Part shown: positions 10,207 through 19,631 of the stretch, one piece after another
How the letters are laid out: every line of letters begins with the position of its first letter
Position numbering within the stretch: position 1 is the stretch's first letter
IMG/VR virus record: IMGVR_UViG_3300021400_003815
Length of the DNA: 64,000 bases
Direction: 5' to 3' (one strand)
From: an uncultured virus (IMG/VR IMGVR_UViG_3300021400_003815)
Taxonomy: Duplodnaviria; Heunggongvirae; Uroviricota; Caudoviricetes
The notes under the pieces: model-generated
The model's input: the letters and a program-made list of their open reading frames with translations, nothing else
What the model was told of the DNA's origin: nothing
Database searches by the model: none
Made by a program: the position numbers and the translations under genes

Positions 10207-12370
10207 TATTGCTTAAACTTTCCTCATTTTGTTCAGTTTCTATATTCTCATTTGATTTTACTACTGCTTTATCATACCATAATACATAGTATCCTAATCC
10301 GTCACCAAAGTGTAGTTTTCCAAGTAACTTTTCTTTTCCTGCATCTTTAAATACTCCAGAAATACCAGAAACTATATCACTTGATTTTATTTCATTTCCA
10401 GTGTATCTAATACATATTGGATTAGCACCACTCTTTAACTCATCTGATACTAACTTAATATACTCATCATAATTGCTAGCTTCTAACTTGTTTTTATTAT
10501 AGTATTCATACTTATCATCAGAGGAACTTCCAACATCAATAATGTTATTCTTCTTGACATATCCATATTTTTCAGCAGTATCTACACTCATATCAAAGCA
10601 TATCTTAGTAATGCCAATGTTATTAGTGTTATTAGTACAGTCTATATAAACATATTCATTATCTTTCTTCATAATGTTCCAAGTATGCTCTACACCATTC
10701 AAATATCCATCAACAGTATATACATCCTCTGTCACAAGATTCCTTGCTAATATCTCAAATAACTTTGCATGAGCTACAGCACTTCCCTTTCCATCATGTA
10801 ACATACTATAAATACTATTGCCCTTAGAATAAGTATAATTGCTACTTATATATTCATATATAGTACTTTCATCAACTACTTTGTTATTTTTCAATAACTC
10901 TTTGCATATGTTGCTAATCTTATTATTTAATACATTGTATCTTTCGCTATCATTAGCATCATTATCAACATATTCTATGTATACTTTATTAGTACTCTCA
11001 TCTAGCTTAACACTCTTAATGCTAGGTACAAATGAGTTATAAGATATATCAGTTACAACATCTGTTAAACCTTCTAATGATTGAACATAACCATAATTGT
11101 TTAAGTCTATCTCAGATTTACCACTGTATAACTCATTCTTTATGTACTCTAAAGCTCTGCTTCTACTTCCCTTATAAACTACTCCATCTTTATTTCCAAC
11201 AGCTTCTTTTACTTTTTCATTTGACTCTATCCAATCCCTTAGGTCAACCTCAGAAATACCATCTGTCTTGGCATGTACTACCTCAAATTCTATATGGTTA
11301 CAATCTCTGTATATTTCAACACCATTAAGAACCTTAGAAGGCAATGACACTGTATTCTTAACTTTTACTTCAGTATATCCCTTTAACTCAGTACCATTAA
11401 TAACATAACCATAGTATATGTTATCACTATACCTTGTATGTTCATCAAGTTCATAGTCTATACTACATTTAATAGTGTTTCCATTAAGAGTTTCAACATC
11501 AACCGTTCTAGGTAAATCCTTGGTATCATTAATGTACTCCCCAGGGTCTAACTGCTTATTATCTTTAACCTTTGTTATTATAACTCCAGCATAATCTTTT
11601 ACATTTATACTATTACTATTACTACTTTCACCATTGTCATTATAAGCTGTTATAAAGTAAATATCATCTGCATTTAATCCATCATTCTGGCTTAATACAA
11701 CGCTATTAAGTGTATCATTTCCAACTTGACTGTTATCCCAATCATTCCACTCAGTAACATCAGAATCAACATCTGTCACCAATACAACTCTTGATGAATC
11801 ATTAGAATATTTATAAATCTTATAACCATCAGCGCCATCTACTTTATTCCAGTATAATTTAAAGTTACACTTATCATCAATACCTGCATTAAGTACTGGC
11901 ACTTCAACTTTACTAACTGTATTGAACTGAACCACTAATGGTTCTTCAAGTTCAACTAAATCAGCACTATCTATATCATAATAGATATACATTTTATATT
12001 CAGACCATCTTCCATAATTCCCATTTAAAGCTGAAATCTCAACAGTCTGTCCATCTTCATTCAATGTATCATATCTAAGTATATCTACTTTATTTCCATT
12101 TTCATCATATACCTCAATAGCATTATCTGGAAGTGGAATAGCCGTTTTGAAACTCAGCTTAAACTTTCCATCACTCTTAAGACCATAAATCTTATTAGTG
12201 TATCCCTCATAAGCTCCATTTATGTTTCTGTCTATTTCACTCCCAGATGCTATCTTAGGCATATTTAAGACATTTGCTGTCTCTGTTTCTTCGCCACAAG
12301 CTACAGTCATAATCACTGTAGCTCCAACTATACAACATACAGCCAATCTTCTTAAATATTGTTTCTTCAT
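10175..12370 (-). CDS. Lipoprotein with Fn3-like and transglutaminase-like domains; catalytic Cys missing
   Basis: Lipobox TVAC; LYWNKVDGADGYKIY...YFITAYNDNGES (Fn3); GKGSAVAHAK...HTWN...YIDCT (transglutaminase-like). Confidence 0.75.
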   Translation of the reverse strand: MKKQYLRRLAVCCIVGATVIMTVACGEETETANVLNMPKIASGSEIDRNINGAYEGYTNKIYGLKSDGKFKLSFKTAIPLPDNAIEVYDENGNKVDILRYDTLNEDGQTVEISALNGNYGRWSEYKMYIYYDIDSADLVELEEPLVVQFNTVSKVEVPVLNAGIDDKCNFKLYWNKVDGADGYKIYKYSNDSSRVVLVTDVDSDVTEWNDWDNSQVGNDTLNSVVLSQNDGLNADDIYFITAYNDNGESSNSNSINVKDYAGVIITKVKDNKQLDPGEYINDTKDLPRTVDVETLNGNTIKCSIDYELDEHTRYSDNIYYGYVINGTELKGYTEVKVKNTVSLPSKVLNGVEIYRDCNHIEFEVVHAKTDGISEVDLRDWIESNEKVKEAVGNKDGVVYKGSRSRALEYIKNELYSGKSEIDLNNYGYVQSLEGLTDVVTDISYNSFVPSIKSVKLDESTNKVYIEYVDNDANDSERYNVLNNKISNICKELLKNNKVVDESTIYEYISSNYTYSKGNSIYSMLHDGKGSAVAHAKLFEILARNLVTEDVYTVDGYLNGVEHTWNIMKKDNEYVYIDCTNNTNNIGITKICFDMSVDTAEKYGYVKKNNIIDVGSSSDDKYEYYNKNKLEASNYDEYIKLVSDELKSGANPICIRYTGNEIKSSDIVSGISGVFKDAGKEKLLGKLHFGDGLGYYVLWYDKAVVKSNENIETEQNEESLSNNEGQVESQDS

Positions 12371-12391
12371 TTCAATTTCCTTGGTTCTTAA

Positions 12392-12592
12392 TTACTCTTC
12401 TTCGTCGTCATCATCGTCAAAGTCGTCGTCATCGAAATCACTGTCAAAATCAACAGCGTCAGGATCCTCATAATCATCATCGTCGATATCTTCATCAAAA
12501 TCAGACAGATCTACATTGTCAAAATCATCATAGTCTGCATTCTCAAGATTCTCGATGTCAACTTCATCATTAGGTCCAAGATACTTACTCAT
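12392..12592 (-). CDS. Small hyper-acidic protein (66 aa)
   Basis: ATG at 12592 with GGAGG RBS; 36 of 66 residues are D/E. Confidence 0.75.
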   Translation of the reverse strand: MSKYLGPNDEVDIENLENADYDDFDNVDLSDFDEDIDDDDYEDPDAVDFDSDFDDDDFDDDDDEEE

Positions 12593-12700
12593 ATTAATGT
12601 CCTCCGTATATGGTAATATAAAACTAAAGTGCCCCATGCACCTTAAACACAATATATTTAAAATTATATTAAATATATACCTTATACTATATAACTGCAT

Positions 12701-12729
12701 AAAAAATCTCACAATTCTTGATTGTGAGA
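12701..12729 (-). terminator. Rho-independent terminator
   Basis: TCTCACAAT/ATTGTGAGA stem followed by T6 on the minus strand. Confidence 0.75.
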
Positions 12730-12759
12730 CTAAAAATTTATAATTCAATATAAAAATTT

Positions 12760-14085
12760 TTATTTTAGTAGTACGTCTTTATATATAAGTATAAACTTAT
12801 ATAACCCTTCTCTAGTACATGGTAACTTATATTCAATATTGTTTGTTATACCATCTCCTATGATAGTCAGTACAAAACAATATTCATCATCTCTTTTCTC
12901 AAGAGATACTATACCACCTATAACTTTTCCAGTAAAGTATTGACTGTTACTCATATTATAACACTCAAACTCTTTCTTCTTAATTACATTGCTATCTTCA
13001 TTATACTTATAGCTCATATAATTAATCTTATGCTTTTTATCTAACTTAATAAGCTCATTAACTAATGCATCAAAATGTTTCTTAACTTTATCCACATAAT
13101 TATTAATGCTCTTATCAATATGCTTAGACTTCTGCACTATTTCAATAGTGTTATTTATAAAACTCTTAATGCTTTCAAAACCAGCTGCACTGAATTTACT
13201 CTTATTATTAAGTATTTTACCACTATTAAGTCTTAATATACAGTTTAACTCTCTATTCCTACTGAGTATTATCTTTCCTGTTATGCCATATTCATTGAAC
13301 ATGAAGAATTTAGTATCTATTTCACCATGGTCATCCATCTTATATCCTCTGTTCTGATAACCATACTTCTGAAACTCATTCAACATATTCTCTGTATATT
13401 TTCTAAAAGTTATGCTAGCTCCTATATCATAGGAAGCATCTAATAAACTCTTTGGCTTTACAGGTTGAAAATCTTGTTCTACACTTCTTGGTATTTTATC
13501 AAAAGCTCTAGTTCTATGATACATTAAGTCAAAAGCTGACCCATTTATAAATCTTTTAGTATCAAAATTAGGTCCACCATAATGACTATTGCATACTATA
13601 AATATACCAGCCCTAGTAAACTTATTAGTTGTTTCACCTAATGCATCAAAACACATATCCACAGGAACAAATTGAGTCCAATAGACTGTATTTAATAATT
13701 CTTCTGATGGTTCAATCTCCACCCAGTTCATTATTGGTATATTATTTACAATCTGAGTTTTCTTCTTGAGCAACTCTTTATTTAGCTTAAGCCCACTTTC
13801 CCCTTTACCTACTACTCTCTGTTTTACAACTGTTCCATTATCTAATTTTACCTGAGCTTCATATCCATATATAAGTCTTATTATTAATTCTTGATTGCAT
13901 ATCATTTCACCAGATGGTAAACACAAAATCAATCTATTCTTTTCATCAGTTCTTATTATTTTATCATAGTTTTTAATAACTGTACCTATCTTTGGCATAC
14001 CAAGATACAACTTATGTAACTTAGGACTAACTTTTATATACTCAGATACATTAGATAATTTTCTACGCATACTATTTATGTCCAT
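12760..14085 (-). CDS. Hypothetical protein
   Basis: 441-aa ORF with GGAGG RBS. Confidence 0.7.
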   Translation of the reverse strand: MDINSMRRKLSNVSEYIKVSPKLHKLYLGMPKIGTVIKNYDKIIRTDEKNRLILCLPSGEMICNQELIIRLIYGYEAQVKLDNGTVVKQRVVGKGESGLKLNKELLKKKTQIVNNIPIMNWVEIEPSEELLNTVYWTQFVPVDMCFDALGETTNKFTRAGIFIVCNSHYGGPNFDTKRFINGSAFDLMYHRTRAFDKIPRSVEQDFQPVKPKSLLDASYDIGASITFRKYTENMLNEFQKYGYQNRGYKMDDHGEIDTKFFMFNEYGITGKIILSRNRELNCILRLNSGKILNNKSKFSAAGFESIKSFINNTIEIVQKSKHIDKSINNYVDKVKKHFDALVNELIKLDKKHKINYMSYKYNEDSNVIKKKEFECYNMSNSQYFTGKVIGGIVSLEKRDDEYCFVLTIIGDGITNNIEYKLPCTREGLYKFILIYKDVLLK

Positions 14086-14177
14086 ATCTACAGTATCCTC
14101 CTAATAATTAAATTTATTTAACTTTATACTTCAAACTGTATATAAACTTAATAAACTAAGACAATATCTATGAACAT

Positions 14178-14226
14178 AAAAATAGGGATACATGCATACC
14201 TCATCAGTATACATGTATCCCTATTT
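14178..14226 (-). terminator. Long terminator hairpin
   Basis: AATAGGGATACATG...CATGTATCCCTATT inverted repeat with T-run, after the HPr-like gene. Confidence 0.8.
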
Positions 14227-14248
14227 ACTGTATAAGCCCTCTTAACTC

Positions 14249-14488
14249 TTATGCGAACTTACAATCAAACTGCTCTCTAAGTTCCATTTCAGCCTTTGTA
14301 ACATCAGCACTAGCCCCATGCACAATCATGTCAAGCTCGCTTGATGTATCAAGGGATAATACCCCGAGATAACTTGCTGCATCTACAACATAAGAGCCCT
14401 TAGCAATATCAAAATTGCACTCACTATGCTTTGTTGTAAACTTAACAAGCCTCTCAATATCCTCTGTTGAATGTAACCTTATCTTCAT
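14249..14488 (-). CDS. HPr-family (PTS phosphocarrier-like) protein
   Basis: VDAASYLGVLSL matches the HPr Ser46 motif; 79 aa; GGAGG RBS; canonical GLHARP His15 motif absent. Confidence 0.8.
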   Translation of the reverse strand: MKIRLHSTEDIERLVKFTTKHSECNFDIAKGSYVVDAASYLGVLSLDTSSELDMIVHGASADVTKAEMELREQFDCKFA

Positions 14489-14497
14489 TAATTCCTC

Positions 14498-14668
14498 CTA
14501 TGCTAACAACTGCTCCTGCTCCATCTCTTCAAGCTGCTTATTAACCTTTTTAAGCTTATCCTTAAGTTTTCTATACTCGCTGTCACCCTTGATGTCACCA
14601 TTGAAGTTCTTGATGTCCGACTCAAGCTTCTTCTTGAGTCCAATTAACTCTCTGTGATTCTTAAGCAT
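14498..14668 (-). CDS. Small coiled-coil protein (56 aa, not in the ORF track)
   Basis: MLKNHRELIGLKKKLESDIKNFNGDIKGDSEYRKLKDKLKKVNKQLEEMEQEQLLA; AAGGAG RBS; fills the gap between two co-oriented genes. Confidence 0.8.
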   Translation of the reverse strand: MLKNHRELIGLKKKLESDIKNFNGDIKGDSEYRKLKDKLKKVNKQLEEMEQEQLLA

Positions 14669-14671
14669 TCT

Positions 14672-15616
14672 TTACTCCTTAGTATCTGCTTTCCTTTCTG
14701 CCTCAGCTTCTAATCTCTCTTTCTCAGCTCTTTCCACCATGACCTGCTCAACTGTCATGCGTCTATTATATGCTTCATTCTTAATTGCTTCCATATCTGC
14801 TTCATCCTGCAGAGCCTTCATCTTTTCCTCATATGAAAGTAGAATTTCCTTATTGTCTCTCTGCTTCTTACCAATCTTCTCAAAGCTGGTTAAACACTTA
14901 ATGTTTACTGTCTTTACACCAGCCTCTTTGTATGCATCCTCAATATCAGCAATGATGTTATTTGTCTGTCTGATAATATCAATGTAACCCTCAGCCATAC
15001 CCTCTGTATCAACAACAAGTTCAACATTAACAGTTTCAGCATCATTAAACCAAGTTACATAATATCCAAGGTAATCTGTATTCCAAGCGTATGCACTATC
15101 TCTTCTAATAGCCCATACATGATACTCACCGTCTTTCCACTGATACTTGTCTGTATCAAGTTTCTTGTGCTCAGACTTCTCATAAATCTCAGCCATACTC
15201 TGAAGTGCTTTCTGAGCCACACTATCCATATTCAGTCTTACGCCACGGAACATAACGTCCTTTGCTTCACACATCTGGTCACCAACATACTGAAGCTCTC
15301 TACGCTTAATCCAGTGTGGCTCTGAATGAACCTTAATTGGTACATAAGCCGGATCCTTGCCAATAAGATTATCAGCAATCATGTATCTATAATCAGAGTG
15401 TCTATAGTCATAAGCATCTGCCTGAGCTGATACCTTCTTCTCAAACCTCTTAAGAGCTGCCTTAGATACCCTTTCATCACTGAAGTCTATTAATCTATAT
15501 CTCATAAGCTTCTGAAGTATAGAAAATACCCCTTCAATATTCTTAGATTCCTTAGCTATCATATACTGCAACTCCAAAGAATCTCTAACTGAATCTCTAA
15601 CCTCATTATAAGACAT
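14672..15616 (-). CDS. Hypothetical protein with C-terminal coiled coil
   Basis: 314 aa, GAGG RBS, has its own sigmaA-type promoter. Confidence 0.75.
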   Translation of the reverse strand: MSYNEVRDSVRDSLELQYMIAKESKNIEGVFSILQKLMRYRLIDFSDERVSKAALKRFEKKVSAQADAYDYRHSDYRYMIADNLIGKDPAYVPIKVHSEPHWIKRRELQYVGDQMCEAKDVMFRGVRLNMDSVAQKALQSMAEIYEKSEHKKLDTDKYQWKDGEYHVWAIRRDSAYAWNTDYLGYYVTWFNDAETVNVELVVDTEGMAEGYIDIIRQTNNIIADIEDAYKEAGVKTVNIKCLTSFEKIGKKQRDNKEILLSYEEKMKALQDEADMEAIKNEAYNRRMTVEQVMVERAEKERLEAEAERKADTKE

Positions 15617-15677
15617 TTTTTATACCTCGACTTTCAAACTTTAAACAAATTTTCTTACTCACTTAACTTACTCTTAT

Positions 15678-15706
15678 ATAATAATACTTTATCTTTATTT
15701 TGTCAA
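15678..15706 (-). promoter_or_regulatory. SigmaA/sigma70-type promoter
   Basis: TTGACA-17nt-TATTAT on the minus strand. Confidence 0.8.
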
Positions 15707-15718
15707 CAAAAATTTTAA

Positions 15719-17959
15719 TTATTTTAAAAAATATTTTTTAACCACCAAATCAACATCATCATTTTGCAAAGGATTTCCATTAGCTGTATATACTGGATAG
15801 TCTCCAAGTATATATTCTCTACCTAATAGACAATCTTTATCTATAAATGTTGCATCCTCATTTAATTTTAGTCTTAATCTAACTCCCCTAAAACATAAAG
15901 CTTCTTTTTCTATATGACTAGAGATTACTTCTATATCTACATTTACTTTATGTTCAAGGTCACAGATAATTGCACAATTTTTAAATGCACTCTTCAATAT
16001 CTTATCTGATTTTATTGATAATTCTGAAAACTCTTTCCACAGTATTGCACCTTCAAAAGCTGATACTCCTATTTGACTACATGCTAGTTCTATATCACTA
16101 TATGACCCATAAGATGAATACTCTGACACATATGCAAATGCCTCTTTATCTATTACAGAATCTTTACTTAAATGATTGTTCAACCACTCAAGTACAGATA
16201 GTTCAAAGTATTTAAACTCAGTCTTATAAAATGCTCTGCAAGGTATATAATTTATAACATCTGGTAAATCCAATCTTCTTAGGTATCCTATTTTACACCT
16301 TTCAAACATACTTTCTTGTAAAGTATTTATTCTTAGTATACCTGTACTTATACTAGCATCCCTAAAGCATCCTACTGCTTTACTTATGTTTTCCATCACA
16401 ACACTATCTGGTCCATCTATTTTACTACCCTTGAATATATCAGTTCCATTAAGATTTGCATTTACAACTAATGTATCACAACCATCATATTTGAAATTCT
16501 CACAGCTATTATCTCCAAGAATAACATTATCCATTCCAATTAACATGTATAATAAATCATTAGGTGTTCCAGCTCCATATACTATAATATTACCATTAGT
16601 TTTAACGTATGCTTCATTATCTATAGTGCAATCTCTTTTATTAAACAATTTACCATATAATTTATTACAGTTATCTCCTATACTTAAATTGTCTATTTCA
16701 CAATATCTAAATATATTACCATTCAACACTTCTATGTCACCATTTATAATTAGATTGTCTATATGACATCCATAAAATGCTGAATCACTAATCTTTAGTC
16801 CATTACCAAGTGTTAATGTGTCTATATGAGTATAACTAAATGCCATTGATTCTATTATACCAGGTGTATTATTAGAGTATAATTCAAAATTCTTAGCAAC
16901 AACAGCTGACTTAGTAAATGCCAACTCATGTATTCTATTCACATTAAATTTTACATTAAAATCAGACTTTATACCTTTTGCATTATAAAAAGCTTCAGTA
17001 TTAATCTCTATACAATCACAGTATACATCATTATCAAAATATAAACATCCACCGCGATTTGCAAGTGCATGTGTACTTATATATTTTACATTAAAACACT
17101 CAGATTTAATTATGTGTAACCCAACAGAATTAAGGTCACAATAATCATTCATAGATACTATATTCCTTATAGATGGCTTAAATTTAATTGATGTTGTTAT
17201 ATCAGTGTAGAAACCTTTATATCTTAAGACTAATGTTTTTATATTAGATGGAACATCATACTTAGCATCTAATTCCCCTAAAATTGCTAGTATGTCATCC
17301 CCAATGTACTTAACTGACTTACTATTAGTACCAAATGCCTCTTCAATACCTATATTCTGATATAAGCTATTTCTACTAGACTCTAGTTTATTTAAAGTGT
17401 TTATCTCATTATCACTTAAATGCTCTTTATCTAAAATAGGTGTTATAACTTTATCTCTAGTATATTCACCAATCCTATAAATATCTGTATTTTTTGTTAG
17501 CTCATTTATATCATTATCTGTTCTATAAATTACACTCTTAACTTCATAGCTATATAGCAGTGCTCCATCTTTATAATTAGCTATTCTATATGCTAATTTG
17601 TCTCCATCATAGACATATTTTACATGATTACTGTTATTATAATTTCTTATGACTACTTCTTCAGTATCCATATAATACTTAAGTCTATTTATAATATCTT
17701 TATAGGTTTGTTCTCTGTCTAACTTTTTTAAATCTGTATCAGCAATACTATAGGAATAATTATCATCTTTATTGTAACCCATAAACCCATGATCTATAGC
17801 TTCATATAGTCCATATATACTTTTATTCCCCTTAAGTATTTTGTCTAATACATCATTTATCTGTACACACTTAACTTCATTACTGTCTAAATCAAATAAT
17901 CTAAGCCCAACATATTTACAGTCATATATATCTTTTAACAGACTTATTATAATAATCAT
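15719..17959 (-). CDS. Leucine-rich repeat protein (BspA/LRR_5-like)
   Basis: Many I-x-x-x-A-F repeats (INTEAFYN, IHELAFTK, IESMAFSY, ISDSAFYG, IPCRAFYK, IGVSAFEG); no signal peptide. Confidence 0.8.
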   Translation of the reverse strand: MIIIISLLKDIYDCKYVGLRLFDLDSNEVKCVQINDVLDKILKGNKSIYGLYEAIDHGFMGYNKDDNYSYSIADTDLKKLDREQTYKDIINRLKYYMDTEEVVIRNYNNSNHVKYVYDGDKLAYRIANYKDGALLYSYEVKSVIYRTDNDINELTKNTDIYRIGEYTRDKVITPILDKEHLSDNEINTLNKLESSRNSLYQNIGIEEAFGTNSKSVKYIGDDILAILGELDAKYDVPSNIKTLVLRYKGFYTDITTSIKFKPSIRNIVSMNDYCDLNSVGLHIIKSECFNVKYISTHALANRGGCLYFDNDVYCDCIEINTEAFYNAKGIKSDFNVKFNVNRIHELAFTKSAVVAKNFELYSNNTPGIIESMAFSYTHIDTLTLGNGLKISDSAFYGCHIDNLIINGDIEVLNGNIFRYCEIDNLSIGDNCNKLYGKLFNKRDCTIDNEAYVKTNGNIIVYGAGTPNDLLYMLIGMDNVILGDNSCENFKYDGCDTLVVNANLNGTDIFKGSKIDGPDSVVMENISKAVGCFRDASISTGILRINTLQESMFERCKIGYLRRLDLPDVINYIPCRAFYKTEFKYFELSVLEWLNNHLSKDSVIDKEAFAYVSEYSSYGSYSDIELACSQIGVSAFEGAILWKEFSELSIKSDKILKSAFKNCAIICDLEHKVNVDIEVISSHIEKEALCFRGVRLRLKLNEDATFIDKDCLLGREYILGDYPVYTANGNPLQNDDVDLVVKKYFLK

Positions 17960-18030
17960 GATTAGTTCCTACTTTCATAAAAATTAACTTCATCACATTA
18001 CTATTTATAGTTAAATACAAAATAACAATT

Positions 18031-18065
18031 AAAAAGGTATAGCGTATTTAACACTATACCTTTTT
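18031..18065. terminator. Bidirectional-type terminator
   Basis: AAAAAGGTATAG-loop-CTATACCTTTTT. Confidence 0.8.
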
Positions 18066-18093
18066 ATCTCATAAACTATCAGTTATATCTTGT

Positions 18094-19605
18094 TTAAGAC
18101 CTAGGTTTTAACACTTTCTTAGCTGATTTAGACTCTTCTGTTGTATTATCTCCACTAATTACTGCTTTACTTTCACCCTCAGTAGCTTTGCTCTCAGTTA
18201 CTTCTGCTTTGCTCTCAGTTACTTCTGCTTTACTTTCACCTTCTGTCTTATTTTCAGCTTCTGCAACATTACTTTCATCATCTGCCTTACTCTCAGTATT
18301 CTCTGCCTTACTTTCACCCTCAGCAGTCTCACTTTCATCTTCTGAGCTAGCTCCAACACCAAAGTCAGAATCAACATTTAAACCTAATGACTCTTCTGAT
18401 GCTACCTTACTGATTTCCTCTAACTTTCTCTGACCATCATTAGCTATCATATCAGTAATCTCAGGATCCACTGTGATACTTACTTTACTCTTAGTATCTA
18501 TATCAAATGTTCCCTTACACCTAAGAACTTCAGCATTTATGTTAGGTTTTACTATAGCTCCTTCCTCAGCTACTGTTTCCTCTGTACTCTCAGATGTCTC
18601 TTTCTTCTTAGATGCCTTTGTTTCAGCTACTGTTTCCTCAACACCTTCAGATGTTTCTTCTGAACCCTCAGCTACTGTTTCCTCAACCTTGTTATACATA
18701 TCATCATAATAAGCTTTAAGAGCCTTAGTAGCAGATATATCATATCTTACTACTGAATAATCGCTTTCATCAATGTATAATTTGATTGTAGCTTTATAAT
18801 CAGCTGAGTCATCTGCAAACACATTATGTACATTACTTGGAACTCCAATTAAACTCATAGCATTATATAAGTTATAAAAAGCTGTAAGTGTATATCTTTC
18901 AGTTCCATCAAGTTTCTCAGTGCCAACCTTTACAACATCAAATGACATATTCTCAGCTATATTGCTAAGTGTTCTTTCTTCTGTTTCAAGGTCTCTATCT
19001 ACTACTGCACCTTGCCATTCAGCCTTAGAGTCCTTAATACCTTCATCATAAGACTTGAAATAACTTAATGTTCTATCACCAGTGTCAATCAAGTAATTTA
19101 TTGAATGTATATAACTCTTCACACCAGCTGCACTACTCTGTAAATCTACCCTAGAATAGCTTGCTTCTCTGCTCATCTTTCTCTCAGCCACTGAATCAGC
19201 TATATATCTTAATGACTGATTATTTGTTTCTTTGTCAAGAACAATAATTTCAACAGATGCACTAGCATTTACAGAATAATCATCAAAAGGCTCTAACATT
19301 TTAGCCTGCACACCTTCTATAATCTCCTGCTTCTTAGCTTCATCATCTATAGCTTTGTTCTCTACTGTTTCCTCTATAACTTCTTTTACCTTAGCTGCAT
19401 CTCCATATTTCTCACTGTCATTTGAAACTGTAACTGTGTTATCACTTGCAACTTCAGTTTCTTTCTCTTTGCTCTTATCAGTATTATTTATAATCTGGTC
19501 AGATTCAGACCTATTCTTCATAGAATCCTCAGTATAAGAAACTGTCTTACTACAACCAACCATTAAACAACTTGATGCCATCAGAGCTAAAATCAATCTC
19601 TTCAT
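18094..19605 (-). CDS. Lipoprotein with E/S/T/K-rich repeat tail
   Basis: Lipobox MVGC; beta-rich core; AEGESK/AEVTESK repeats. Confidence 0.8.
   Translation of the reverse strand: MKRLILALMASSCLMVGCSKTVSYTEDSMKNRSESDQIINNTDKSKEKETEVASDNTVTVSNDSEKYGDAAKVKEVIEETVENKAIDDEAKKQEIIEGVQAKMLEPFDDYSVNASASVEIIVLDKETNNQSLRYIADSVAERKMSREASYSRVDLQSSAAGVKSYIHSINYLIDTGDRTLSYFKSYDEGIKDSKAEWQGAVVDRDLETEERTLSNIAENMSFDVVKVGTEKLDGTERYTLTAFYNLYNAMSLIGVPSNVHNVFADDSADYKATIKLYIDESDYSVVRYDISATKALKAYYDDMYNKVEETVAEGSEETSEGVEETVAETKASKKKETSESTEETVAEEGAIVKPNINAEVLRCKGTFDIDTKSKVSITVDPEITDMIANDGQRKLEEISKVASEESLGLNVDSDFGVGASSEDESETAEGESKAENTESKADDESNVAEAENKTEGESKAEVTESKAEVTESKATEGESKAVISGDNTTEESKSAKKVLKPRS
18163..18322. 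repeat. Intragenic 21-bp-based tandem repeats
   Basis: GCTTTGCTCTCAGTTACTTCT twice in tandem (18185-18226) plus degenerate copies encoding 7-aa units. Confidence 0.8.
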
Positions 19606-19631
19606 AGTAACTTTTTCACCCTCATGCTCTA

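Noticed and set aside
8060..12729. Shared CTCACAAT/ATTGTGAG palindromes as operators
   Set aside because: Both follow stop codons and have T-tails, so they are explained as related terminators
12593..12748. N-terminal extension of the acidic ORF as given in the track
   Set aside because: It crosses a terminator and AT-rich intergenic DNA; the RBS supports ATG at 12592
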